This document shows positions 13,618-22,850 of a DNA stretch of 64,000 bases, one piece after another. Each line of letters starts with the position of its first letter. The stretch's first letter is position 1. The notes below the pieces were generated by a model. It was not told the DNA's origin and searched no databases. It saw nothing but the letters and a program-made list of their open reading frames with translations. The position numbers and the translations under genes were made by a program. The stretch lies in the NCBI RefSeq assembly GCF_053078305.1, contig NZ_CP166879.1; one strand, written 5' to 3'.

Positions 13618-13646
13618 AGCCCGCCGGTTCAGGCGGGCTTTTTTGT
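13618..13646 (+). terminator. Rho-independent terminator after lom
   Basis: CAGCCCGCC-GGTTCA-GGCGGGC hairpin followed by TTTTTTG. Confidence 0.7.
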
Positions 13647-13655
13647 GGGGTGAAT

Positions 13656-16600
13656 ATGGCAGTAAAGATTTCAGGTGTACTGAAAGACGGCACAGGAAAA
13701 CCGGTACAGAACTGCACAATCCAGCTGAAAGCAAAACGTAACAGCACCACGGTGGTGGTGAACACGCTGGCCTCAGAAAATCCGGATGAAGCCGGGCGTT
13801 ACAGCATGGACGTTGAGTACGGTCAGTACAGCGTTATTCTGTTGGTGGAAGGATTCCCGCCGTCACATGCCGGGACCATCACCGTGTATGAAGATTCTCA
13901 ACCCGGTACGCTGAATGATTTTCTCGGTGCCATGACGGAGGATGATGCCCGTCCGGAGGCACTGCGCCGTTTTGAACTGATGGTGGAAGAGGTGGCGCGT
14001 AACGCGTCCGTAGTGGCACAGAACACGGCAGCCGCGAAGAAGTCAGCCGGCGATGCCAGCACATCTGCCCGTGAGGCGGCAACCCATGCGACTGATGCTG
14101 CAGATTCAGCACGTGCAGCCAGCACGTCAGCCGGACAGGCCGCTTCGTCGGCTCAGTCAGCGTCTTCCAGCGCAGGAACGGCATCAACAAAGGCCACTGA
14201 AGCCTCAAAAAGTGCTGCCGCTGCAGAGTCCTCAAAAAGCGTGGCAGCTACCAGTGCCGGTGCGGCGAAAACGTCAGAAACGAATGCCGCAGCGTCAGAA
14301 CAATCAGCCGCCACTTCTGCATCCACCGCGACCACGAAAGCGTCAGAAGCTGCCACCTCAGCCCGGGATGCGGCGGCCTCAAAAGAGGCAGCGAAATCAT
14401 CAGAAACGAACGCATCCTTGAGCGCCAGTAGCGCAGCTTCCTCGGCAACGGCGGCAGGAAATTCCGCGAAGGCGGCAAAAACGTCCGAGACGAACGCCAG
14501 GTCTTCTGAGACGGCAGCGGGACAGAGCGCCTCAGCTGCGGCAGGCTCAAAAACAGCGGCTGCGTCGTCTGCCAGTGCCGCGTCAACAAGTGCCGGGCAG
14601 GCCTCAGCCAGTGCCACCGCCGCCGGAAAATCGGCAGAAAGCGCCGCATCATCCGCTTCAACAGCCACAACGAAGGCTGGCGAAGCCACTGAGCAGGCCA
14701 CGGCAGCAGCGAGGTCAGCTTCCGCAGCGAAGACATCCGAAACGAACGCGAAAGCGTCGGAAACCCGTGCAGAATCCTCAAAAACGGCAGCGGCATCGTC
14801 CGCCAGTTCGGCGGCGTCATCGGCATCATCGGCGTCTGCTTCAAAAGATGAGGCGACCAGACAGGCGTCAGCAGCGAAGGGCAGCGCCACGACGGCATCC
14901 ACGAAGGCGACAGAGGCTGCTGGTAGTGCGAAGGCAGCAGCTCAGAGCAAAAGTACGGCGGAATCTGCAGCAACGCGCGCTGAGACAGCGGCAAAACGGG
15001 CAGAGGATATTGCATCCGCCGTGGCACTTGAGGATGCGAGCACGACGAAAAAGGGGATAGTACAGCTCAGTAGTGCGACTAACAGCACTTCCGAGTCACT
15101 GGCGGCAACACCAAAAGCCGTTAAGGCCGCGTATGACCTGGCTAACGGGAAATACACCGCACAGGATGCAACGACAGCACAGAAAGGGATAATCCAGCTA
15201 AGCAGCGCGACCAACAGCACGTCTGAAACGCTGGCGGCAACGCCAAAGGCAGTAAAAGCAGCCAATGACAATGCTGAGAAACGTCTGCAGAAAGATCAGA
15301 ACGGTGCGGATATCCCTGGCAAAGACACCTTTACGAAAAATATTGGTGCCTGCCGTGCCTTCGGTGGGTCAGTAAGCACAACAACAGGAAACTGGACGAC
15401 TGCACAGTTTATCGAGTGGCTGGATTCTCAGGGAGCATTTAACCATCCATACTGGATGTGCAAGGGTTCCTGGTCTTATGGCAATAATAAAATCATTACT
15501 GATACTGGCTGCGGTAATATTCATCTCGCCGGAGCTGTCATTGAAGTAATGGGGATAAAGTCAGCGATGACGATCCGCATTACCACTCCGACCACATCCA
15601 GCGGTGGCGGAACAACCAACGCCCAGTTTACCTATATTAATCACGGAACAGATTATTCACCTGGCTGGCGAAGGGACTATAACTCCAGAAATAAGCCAAC
15701 GGCATCAGAGATCGGGGCGCTACCGTCAGGTGGAACAGCAGTATCATCAGTTAATCTGGCTTCAAAAGGTCGGGTAGCCGCGCTGACAGACAATACGCAG
15801 GGGGCAGCAGGTCTTGAGTTATACGAGGTGTATAACAACGGATATCCAACAACGTATGGAAATATCATTCACCTGAAAGGGATGACAGCCGTTGGCGAAG
15901 GTGAGTTACTCATCGGCTGGAGTGGTACAAGCGGTGCTCATGCTCCGGCATTTATTCGTTCACGACGGGATACGACCGACGCAAACTGGTCGCCGTGGGC
16001 GCAGCTTTACACCTCGGCTCATCCTCCTGCAGAGTTTTATCCAGTCGGTGCACCAATCCCGTGGCCATCAGATACCGTTCCGTCTGGTTATGCCCTGATG
16101 CAGGGGCAGACTTTTGACAAATCTGCATACCCGAAACTTGCAGCCGCTTATCCGTCAGGCGTGATCCCTGATATGCGTGGCTGGACGATTAAGGGCAAAC
16201 CTGCCAGTGGTCGGGCCGTATTGTCTCAGGAACAGGACGGCATTAAATCGCACACCCACAGCGCCAGCGCATCCAGTACGGATTTGGGGACGAAAACCAC
16301 ATCGTCGTTTGATTACGGCACTAAATCCACGAATAACATCGGGGCGCATACGCACAGTGTGAGCGGTACAGCCGCAAGTGCCGGAAACCATACTCATAGT
16401 GTCACAGGCGCATCAGCAGTCAGCCAGTGGTCACAAAATGGGTCAGTACATAAGGTAGTGTCTGCGGCCAGTGTGAATACAAGTGCTGCAGGAGCGCACA
16501 CTCATAGTGTCAGCGGCACAGCTGCATCTGCAGGTGCTCACGCACATACTGTCGGTATTGGTGCTCATACGCACTCGGTTGCGATTGGCTCACATGGACA

Positions 16601-16682
16601 CACCATCACCGTTAACGCTGCTGGTAACGCGGAAAACACCGTCAAAAACATCGCATTTAACTATATTGTGAGGCTTGCATAA
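13656..16682 (+). CDS. stf: Side tail fiber protein Stf, apparently intact, with Ala/Ser-rich repetitive shaft and His-rich C-terminal repeats
   Basis: ~1008-aa ORF; N-terminus [49 protein letters not shown]... and C-terminus ...[31 protein letters not shown] match K-12 StfR/lambda Stf family as recalled. Confidence 0.85.
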   Translation: MAVKISGVLKDGTGKPVQNCTIQLKAKRNSTTVVVNTLASENPDEAGRYSMDVEYGQYSVILLVEGFPPSHAGTITVYEDSQPGTLNDFLGAMTEDDARPEALRRFELMVEEVARNASVVAQNTAAAKKSAGDASTSAREAATHATDAADSARAASTSAGQAASSAQSASSSAGTASTKATEASKSAAAAESSKSVAATSAGAAKTSETNAAASEQSAATSASTATTKASEAATSARDAAASKEAAKSSETNASLSASSAASSATAAGNSAKAAKTSETNARSSETAAGQSASAAAGSKTAAASSASAASTSAGQASASATAAGKSAESAASSASTATTKAGEATEQATAAARSASAAKTSETNAKASETRAESSKTAAASSASSAASSASSASASKDEATRQASAAKGSATTASTKATEAAGSAKAAAQSKSTAESAATRAETAAKRAEDIASAVALEDASTTKKGIVQLSSATNSTSESLAATPKAVKAAYDLANGKYTAQDATTAQKGIIQLSSATNSTSETLAATPKAVKAANDNAEKRLQKDQNGADIPGKDTFTKNIGACRAFGGSVSTTTGNWTTAQFIEWLDSQGAFNHPYWMCKGSWSYGNNKIITDTGCGNIHLAGAVIEVMGIKSAMTIRITTPTTSSGGGTTNAQFTYINHGTDYSPGWRRDYNSRNKPTASEIGALPSGGTAVSSVNLASKGRVAALTDNTQGAAGLELYEVYNNGYPTTYGNIIHLKGMTAVGEGELLIGWSGTSGAHAPAFIRSRRDTTDANWSPWAQLYTSAHPPAEFYPVGAPIPWPSDTVPSGYALMQGQTFDKSAYPKLAAAYPSGVIPDMRGWTIKGKPASGRAVLSQEQDGIKSHTHSASASSTDLGTKTTSSFDYGTKSTNNIGAHTHSVSGTAASAGNHTHSVTGASAVSQWSQNGSVHKVVSAASVNTSAAGAHTHSVSGTAASAGAHAHTVGIGAHTHSVAIGSHGHTITVNAAGNAENTVKNIAFNYIVRLA
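14050..15010 (+). repeat. Low-complexity Ala/Ser/Thr-rich tandem repeats inside stf coding sequence
   Basis: Repeated motifs such as [19 protein letters not shown]; the run also generates long spurious ORFs on both strands (14153..14902 -, 14248..15027 -, 14575..15060 +). Confidence 0.7.
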
Positions 16683-17266
16683 TGGCATTCAGAATGAGTG
16701 AACAACCACGGACCATAAAAATTTATAATCTGCTGTCCGGAACTAATGAATTTATTGGTGAAGGTGATGCATATATTCCGCCTCATACAGGTCTGCCAGC
16801 AAACAGTACCGATATTGCACCGCCAGATATTCCGGCTGGTTTCGTGGCTGTTTTCAACAGTGATGAGTCATCGTGGCATCTCGTTGAAGATCATCGGGGT
16901 AAAACGGTTTATGACGTGGCTTCCGGCGACGCGTTATTTATTTCTGAACTCGGCTCATTACCGGAAAATGTCACCTGGTTATCCCCGGAAGGGGAGTTTC
17001 AGAAGTGGAACGGCACAGCCTGGGTGAAGGATACGGAAGCAGAAAAACTGTTCCGGATCCGGGAGGCGGAAGAAACAAAAAACAGCCTGATGCAGGTAGC
17101 CAGTGAGCATATAGCGCCGCTTCAGGATGCTGTGGATCTGGAGATCGCAACGGAGAAAGAAACCTTGTTGCTGGAAGCCTGGAAAAAGTATCGGGTGTTG
17201 CTGAACCGTGTTGATACATCAACTGCACCTGATATTGAGTGGCCTACGAACCCTGTCAGGGAGTAA
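16682..17266 (+). CDS. tfa: Tail fiber assembly protein Tfa
   Basis: 194-aa product [54 protein letters not shown]... matches the TfaR/Tfa family; start overlaps the stf stop. Confidence 0.88.
   Translation: MAFRMSEQPRTIKIYNLLSGTNEFIGEGDAYIPPHTGLPANSTDIAPPDIPAGFVAVFNSDESSWHLVEDHRGKTVYDVASGDALFISELGSLPENVTWLSPEGEFQKWNGTAWVKDTEAEKLFRIREAEETKNSLMQVASEHIAPLQDAVDLEIATEKETLLLEAWKKYRVLLNRVDTSTAPDIEWPTNPVRE
17101..17228 (+). repeat. Direct repeat copy 1 (tfa 3' end), roughly 85% identical to 18150..18277
   Basis: Sequences beginning CAGTGAGCATATAGCGCCGCTTCAGGATGCTGTGGATCTGGAGATCGCAACGGAG and CAGTGAGTATATTGCGCCACTGCAGGATGCTGTAGATCTGGAAATCGCAACGGAG align; identity is an eyeball estimate. Confidence 0.75.
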
Positions 17267-17320
17267 TCATTGGGATTATGCCGCAGCACGTCTTAAGCAA
17301 GAACGTGCTGCGGTTGGATG

Positions 17321-17989
17321 CTATTTTTTCCCTGAAGCGGAAAACATTACTACAGTACCTTGAACCTTGGTTTTAACATTCTCGAAATGCTCTGAGAGTA
17401 TATGTGTTAAGCCTTCTTCGGAATCTTTTGTGTTTGAAAAGATGCCTTTCTGATTGTAAATGCGCATCAGTTTTTGACCGAAGCTATTGTGCACAACTCC
17501 ATCGCCAAGAATTGTGGCTCCGTATAGAGTTCCATCGTCAGTTAAGGCCTGCGCCGCATTGCGTATTACACAGCTTTTTGTAGATATATTTCCAGGCAGG
17601 CAGTGAAGAAGGTAAAACATGGAAATGGAATCAAATTGACCATGTAACGCCGCGGGATAAGGTTCAAAAACATCATGGTTAATTTTATGTTTAATTTTTG
17701 ATTCCCCAGCCCTTGTAGATGCCGCGTTCAGGCTAGCTTCGTTCAAATCCATTAAAGATATCAGACTACTCTCAGGTACGTGAGTAAGGTAAAACCCAGT
17801 TCCAACACCAATATCCAGATGGTTGTTACCTAAATGTTCCAGAAAGTGTGGAAGAAGGTGTTCCTTTGTAGGACATCCCCATGCAAGCCGATTTGATACT
17901 CCCAAAACCCACCAGTCATAAAGCTTTAGGGTAAGTGGTGTGTAAATTTTAGCCCCATCATCTGTGTTTTTTTTCATTAATTTCACCAT
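17321..17989 (-). CDS. Class I SAM-dependent methyltransferase-like protein (resembles DLP12 ybcY family), prophage cargo
   Basis: 222-aa ORF with glycine-rich motif I (LDIGVGTGFY) typical of Rossmann-fold methyltransferases; AT-rich codon usage; lies between the two tfa-derived repeats. Confidence 0.65.
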   Translation of the reverse strand: MVKLMKKNTDDGAKIYTPLTLKLYDWWVLGVSNRLAWGCPTKEHLLPHFLEHLGNNHLDIGVGTGFYLTHVPESSLISLMDLNEASLNAASTRAGESKIKHKINHDVFEPYPAALHGQFDSISMFYLLHCLPGNISTKSCVIRNAAQALTDDGTLYGATILGDGVVHNSFGQKLMRIYNQKGIFSNTKDSEEGLTHILSEHFENVKTKVQGTVVMFSASGKK

Positions 17990-18149
17990 GTTATAGTTTT
18001 ATTTGTGAATTAAATCAATTATGGCGATGAATTACAAGGGGTTAAATGCTGCCGCAGCATAGCGATATTGAAATAGCATGGTATGCTTCGATACAGCAGG
18101 AGCCGAATGGCTGGAAGACCGTCACCACACAGTTCTACATCCAGGAATT

Positions 18150-18277
18150 CAGTGAGTATATTGCGCCACTGCAGGATGCTGTAGATCTGGAAATCGCAAC
18201 GGAGGAAGAAAGATCGTTGCTGGAGGCATGGAATAAATATCGGGTATTGTTGAATCGAGTTGATACATCAGTAGCTC
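18150..18277 (+). repeat. Direct repeat copy 2 (tfa 3' end remnant)
   Basis: See copy 1 at 17101..17228. Confidence 0.75.
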
Positions 18278-18351
18278 TGGGTATGAAGCTGTTTGTAACT
18301 CATGTTACAGTAACAGCCATTACTATCTCGAAGGTGCAAAATGTATATTGA
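18150..18351 (+). pseudogene. Tail fiber assembly gene remnant (tfaX-like 3' fragment)
   Basis: Translation ...[40 protein letters not shown] duplicates the Tfa C-terminus; no homologous N-terminal part. Confidence 0.6.
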
Positions 18352-18534
18352 TTTGATATTTTATAAATTTACTTCGAATCTGGCACGTCAACTTTTGATT
18401 AAAGTAATATCAGTTTTCGGCGAAAAAAGGACCGTGTACATGAGACGATTTCATACAAGAATAACAAAAATATGAATATGCTCCCAATGCAATATATGTT
18501 TTGCATTGGGAACAAATAGCGGAATATTTTGAAA

Positions 18535-20019
18535 TTATTGTATTTCTGCTTCAGAATTTCCTGGGCAGTATATATTTTCTGGTTTTTGTGGAGTGATCAG
18601 GTGATGTACAACTGCTTTATCTACACATAAATTAACTCCGGTGAGAGCTAATGTATGCCCATCACCATTTATTGTTAGTAACGGGCTGGAAAATTTCTCT
18701 GCCATCTTACGGGCATTAATCCAGGGCGTTGTTGGGTCGTATTTGTGTGCTACAAACAGTAAACCAGAGGGCAGAACAGTATTTTTCAGGCGAGTTTTGT
18801 TCAGGTCGCTATGTATTGGCCATAATTCACAAAAATCAGGTGAATCGGAACGTCCATTGTCAAAGTTAATAGCCGGGAAGGCATTCGCAAGAGCGTCTTT
18901 TCGGGATTTTCGCTCTTCTGGTGTTAATTGCTCATCCCCCTGATCTACACAGAGGATTACCCCCGAAGCATCGCTTGACTCTTCTGAGGCTATCGGAGCA
19001 CTGAGCGCAGTTTCAATTTCATTACTGACAATCCCCTGAGAGAACTGGCGTATGGCAGTTGCAAGGGTTGGCCATGATGAACGCCATAGCAGAAGGTCTG
19101 TTGTTAATGATATGAGTTCATCTGAAGATATATTTTCTCCCTTACTGTCTAATAAAGGTTTGTGATGTAATTTTGATAATAGCTCATGGAACTGAGTTAT
19201 TGCCTTATCTCTGTCTGAAGAAAGCGGGCAACTTTTTGTACGCGCACACCAGGATGCAAAGCGATCAAACGTTTCCTGATAACTCTGTGCCTGTTTGAGT
19301 TGCCATGTGAAGTTGTCCTCCAGGTCATCGATATCGACGACTCCATCAAGAACGATAGATCTTACGTTGTAGGGAAAACGTTCTGCATATAAGGCTGCAA
19401 TTTGAGTTCCATACGAATACGCCACGGCTGTCAGTTGTTTATCCCCCAAGGCTTGCCTAATACGATCAATATCGTATACAGCCTCGTTAGAGCCGATATG
19501 GCGAATGACTTCGGCTCCGGTATTATGGATACAGGCATTAATTTTATTTAATACTTGTTGCTTTTCGGTTATGTTTTCCTGAGTCTCTGTATCTGATTGC
19601 CGGCAGTTTATTGTCGGAGTGGACTGTCCGACGCCTCGAGGATCAAATCCAATAATATCCCATGACTCACGAAGATTTGTGACTGGCCAGTCAAAGTTAA
19701 TATAAGGATTTATGCCTGGTAACCCGGGACCACCACTTATTATCAGGATACTTCCTTTATGCTTGCTTTTTGCCGGCAATTTTGTCAACGCTAGTTTGAC
19801 TTGTGATTTTTTTTCATAAGAAGCATCTCCGCCTGTGTCTGTATATTTTAATGGAACAGACAAATAACCACATAGTAAGTCAGGAGACGGTTTTTCCTCA
19901 CCAAACCAGTGGTTGAATTGACTGGCCATACAGGATTGCCACTGTATCTGCTGGGCAGATACGGTTACTGGTAGAAGTAACGTTAAAACAACTTTGAAAT
20001 GAGTAATTATTTTTCGCAT
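18535..20019 (-). CDS. Secreted alpha/beta-hydrolase fold protein, likely S33-type (tripeptidyl aminopeptidase-like) peptidase/esterase; function unknown
   Basis: 494-aa ORF with N-terminal signal peptide MRKIITHFKVVLTLLLPVTVSAQQ, GFDPRGVGQS oxyanion-region motif and SYGT nucleophile-elbow-like motif; AT-rich. Confidence 0.65.
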   Translation of the reverse strand: MRKIITHFKVVLTLLLPVTVSAQQIQWQSCMASQFNHWFGEEKPSPDLLCGYLSVPLKYTDTGGDASYEKKSQVKLALTKLPAKSKHKGSILIISGGPGLPGINPYINFDWPVTNLRESWDIIGFDPRGVGQSTPTINCRQSDTETQENITEKQQVLNKINACIHNTGAEVIRHIGSNEAVYDIDRIRQALGDKQLTAVAYSYGTQIAALYAERFPYNVRSIVLDGVVDIDDLEDNFTWQLKQAQSYQETFDRFASWCARTKSCPLSSDRDKAITQFHELLSKLHHKPLLDSKGENISSDELISLTTDLLLWRSSWPTLATAIRQFSQGIVSNEIETALSAPIASEESSDASGVILCVDQGDEQLTPEERKSRKDALANAFPAINFDNGRSDSPDFCELWPIHSDLNKTRLKNTVLPSGLLFVAHKYDPTTPWINARKMAEKFSSPLLTINGDGHTLALTGVNLCVDKAVVHHLITPQKPENIYCPGNSEAEIQ

Positions 20020-20205
20020 TGTGTCTCTGAATATCGGAATAAAGATAAGATTTGAATATATTGAGGTCTTGTGTTGCGGTAAGAGATTACACGTTATGAC
20101 ATAGGTTAAATGCTTACAAAATTAGTGGATATTGCCTACTTGTAACTGTAAACAAATTCCCCGGGGTTATACAATACCACCGGGGAGAAAATCTGGTTAA
20201 CTTCG

Positions 20206-21159
20206 TTAAAAGGTGTACTTAAGACCAGCAGTAGTGATGAAGTTATAGTTTTCTATGCCTGCACCATTTTTGCTGTAGTCTGAAGTGTTATCATTGTGAT
20301 CATAAAGTGAAGTATTACCTTTTTTATTCGTAACCCGATTCCATGCGCCTTCAACATAAACCTTTGCGTTAGGTGTTACGTAATAACCTGCATTGACTGC
20401 AACAGAATAGTAATTTTGGTCTTTGACTTTACTGCGATAAGTGATTCTTTTTCCTGGGTCATAGTGCTCATCGTTATCAGATGCTTCCACCCAGCCGCTG
20501 TATTTAAATGTGCCACCTAGCTCAAAATCTTCATAACGATAACTTCCAGTCAAGCCAATGTAGGGCATTTTAAAACGTTGTTTGTAGCCGATTGCTCTTT
20601 CTCCATTCGGGAAGGAGCCGATATCATCTCTGAATCCCTCCTCAGAACTGTAGATATAGGAACCACCTCTGGCTGTAAAGCTATAACGGCTTTCCTGATA
20701 TCCGGCCATGAGTCCCAGGCGGTAATTGGGTTCGTTGAGGAGCCAGCCTTTGATATTCAGATCAAATTCGTTGGCATAATTGAGTTGTGTATCAGGGTGC
20801 CTACTTTCATCTGTCCAGGTTCCGGGGTTACTGGAATCCATCCAGTCCTGATCGACCATATTGCCACCTCGGCTGCCGAGAGTAGTCCAGCCCGCAGCCC
20901 CAATAGATATCTGGGGCATCAAATCCCAATTAATTGCACCTTTAATAATTGCAGCGTTATTGAATTTCCAGTCGAGTTGACTGACTTTTCGGCCTCCTTC
21001 TTCAGCTAGATAAACGCGCTCTTTTGTTTTTCCGCTCAGAGTTCCAAGACTAATGTCCGCATTTATGTTGTCAGGAGTAAACGATATAGTCTCGGTAGAA
21101 GCAAAAGAGCTGATCGCAATAGGGGTTGTCAGAACTATTCCCAGAAGTTTCGCCCGCAT
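20206..21159 (-). CDS. ompT: Omptin-family outer-membrane aspartyl protease, near-identical to OmpT
   Basis: 317-aa product MRAKLLGIVLTTPIAISSFASTETISFTPDNINADISLGTLSGKTKERVYLAEEGGRKVSQLDWKFNNAAIIKG... ending ...NFITTAGLKYTF, matching E. coli OmpT as recalled. Confidence 0.9.
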   Translation of the reverse strand: MRAKLLGIVLTTPIAISSFASTETISFTPDNINADISLGTLSGKTKERVYLAEEGGRKVSQLDWKFNNAAIIKGAINWDLMPQISIGAAGWTTLGSRGGNMVDQDWMDSSNPGTWTDESRHPDTQLNYANEFDLNIKGWLLNEPNYRLGLMAGYQESRYSFTARGGSYIYSSEEGFRDDIGSFPNGERAIGYKQRFKMPYIGLTGSYRYEDFELGGTFKYSGWVEASDNDEHYDPGKRITYRSKVKDQNYYSVAVNAGYYVTPNAKVYVEGAWNRVTNKKGNTSLYDHNDNTSDYSKNGAGIENYNFITTAGLKYTF

Positions 21160-21531
21160 AAAAGTTCTCCATTCAATCGTTTTAATGATTGAATATGTAT
21201 TTTTTATATCTAACTTAATGAGTCAATCACATATTGCTCCACTGTTTATATTTTGTTTAGTATTGAATGATTATCACAATGCGCTATCTGTTTTTGGTTT
21301 AATTATCTGTTATTGTTTTATGTTGCGGTTTTACTGTGTGGTTTTTTATGCTTTTGTGGTGTTTTTATCTATTTAAGCGCCATGCCTTTAAAGGCATATA
21401 AGCGAAAATAGCATGAGGTTTATCCTCAATTGCTATGTTTTTTAGTACAAAAAAGAGGGACAAAACTGAGACACACATAGCTTTGTACTGGATTGCAAGG
21501 CTTTGTGCTCTTCGATAGTGGTTAAGGCGGA

Positions 21532-22689
21532 TTACTCCACCTTCCCATCAAGCCAGTCCGCCCACCATTGCATCATTTCTCTGCGCTTATCGAGATACTG
21601 AGCATGGTTGTAAATTCCACGTACAGATCCGCCGTTGGCATGTGCCAGTTGCACTTCAATGGCGTCGGCAGGCCATTCGTGCTCGTTCATAATCGTGCTG
21701 AATTCATGCCTGAATCCGTGACCGCTTTCCAGACCTTCATAGCCGATTTGTTTGATCACAAGTAGCACCGCGTTCTCGCAGATTGGCTTCTTCTTATCGT
21801 TGCGCCCGGAAAAAACAAACTCTGATACTGGTTTAGTGATTGAGCTTAGTGTAGTGAGAAGTTCAACCACCTGGTCTGACATCGGGACAACATGAATTTT
21901 GCGTCCCTTCATCACATTGGCGTCGATGGTGATAATCCTGTTTTCAAAATCGACGTTCTTCCATAGCATGGAACGAAGCTCTTTTGTTCTGAGGGCTGTG
22001 TAGCGTAAAACTTTGGTCGCAATGAGCGATACGATGCTTCCTGAAAATGTTGCCAGTGCTTTGTTAAATGCCGGGATCTGGTCTGCAGGAAGAAACGGGA
22101 AGTTTTTCTTGCGGTATCCCTTCATGGCGTCAGCAAGGTCAGGTGCCGGGTTATATTTAGCCCTACCAGTGACAATAGCGTAACGGAAAACCTCGCCGCA
22201 TCTTCTGCGGGCTTTGTTGGCTCGCTCCATTGCACCGCGATCTTCAAATCTGCGGATTACTTCCAGCAGTTGCATCGGCTCAATATCCTGAATTTCAAGG
22301 CCGCCGATGATAGGTAAAATGTCGTCATCAAACATTTTTGCAAGTTCAGTTGCATAGCCTACTGACCAGACTTGCTTCTTGTGCTCGTACCATTCCTTGT
22401 AAATCGCACTAAAGGAATTGTTGTTAGACGAAGCCTTTTTCGCTTTTACCGGATCGATGCCAACCGAGATGTCTTTCCTCGCGGTCCATGCTTTATCTCT
22501 TGCCTCCTGCAAAGTCATAAGCGGATATTTTCCTACGGTCAGGATTTTCTCCTTACCGTCAATCTTGTAGCGAAGCTGCCATACCTTTTTCCCTGACACA
22601 GGGACATAAAGGTACAGGCCATTACCATCGAGTAGGCGGTATGGTTTTTCTTTCGGCTTTGCTGCTTCAATCTGCTTAACGGTGAGCAT
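21532..22689 (-). CDS. intS: Prophage tyrosine integrase (IntS/P4-like family)
   Basis: Product MLTVKQIEAAKPKEKPYRLLDGNGLYLYVPVSGKKVWQLRYKIDGKEK... with C-terminal catalytic region (..HGFRHEF..., ..RGIYNHAQY..); adjacent to tRNA; start chosen at the MLTVKQ Met (ORF track extends to 22725). Confidence 0.88.
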   Translation of the reverse strand: MLTVKQIEAAKPKEKPYRLLDGNGLYLYVPVSGKKVWQLRYKIDGKEKILTVGKYPLMTLQEARDKAWTARKDISVGIDPVKAKKASSNNNSFSAIYKEWYEHKKQVWSVGYATELAKMFDDDILPIIGGLEIQDIEPMQLLEVIRRFEDRGAMERANKARRRCGEVFRYAIVTGRAKYNPAPDLADAMKGYRKKNFPFLPADQIPAFNKALATFSGSIVSLIATKVLRYTALRTKELRSMLWKNVDFENRIITIDANVMKGRKIHVVPMSDQVVELLTTLSSITKPVSEFVFSGRNDKKKPICENAVLLVIKQIGYEGLESGHGFRHEFSTIMNEHEWPADAIEVQLAHANGGSVRGIYNHAQYLDKRREMMQWWADWLDGKVE

Positions 22690-22850
22690 GGGTAAAAATC
22701 CGGTGGGTAAAATTATTTTATCCACTTTTTACCCGTCATGGAGTGCGGCTGTCAACGATCTGAAGCGAACCATGACGAACTGTGAATCTACGGAAGGCTT
22801 GATATTCAGGGGATTTTGCGGACTGGTACGGATGGAGGCGAACTGATAAA

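Noticed and set aside
14153-15060. Several long ORFs (249, 259, 161 aa) on both strands within the stf repeat region
   Set aside because: Produced by the low-complexity Ala/Ser-rich coding repeats of stf; their translations are poly-Ala/Pro/Arg low-complexity with no gene-like features.
18046-18149. N-terminal part of the 101-aa ORF preceding the tfa remnant ([35 protein letters not shown])
   Set aside because: No similarity to Tfa or other proteins I recognise; likely read-through of junction sequence rather than a functional N-terminus. Only the repeat-derived portion is annotated as a remnant.
21053-21376. 107-aa plus-strand ORF with hydrophobic stretches upstream of the omptin gene
   Set aside because: Lies in the AT-rich promoter spacer and overlaps the omptin start; no ribosome binding site; composition reflects AT-rich DNA (Phe/Ile/Leu/Tyr codons) rather than a real membrane protein.
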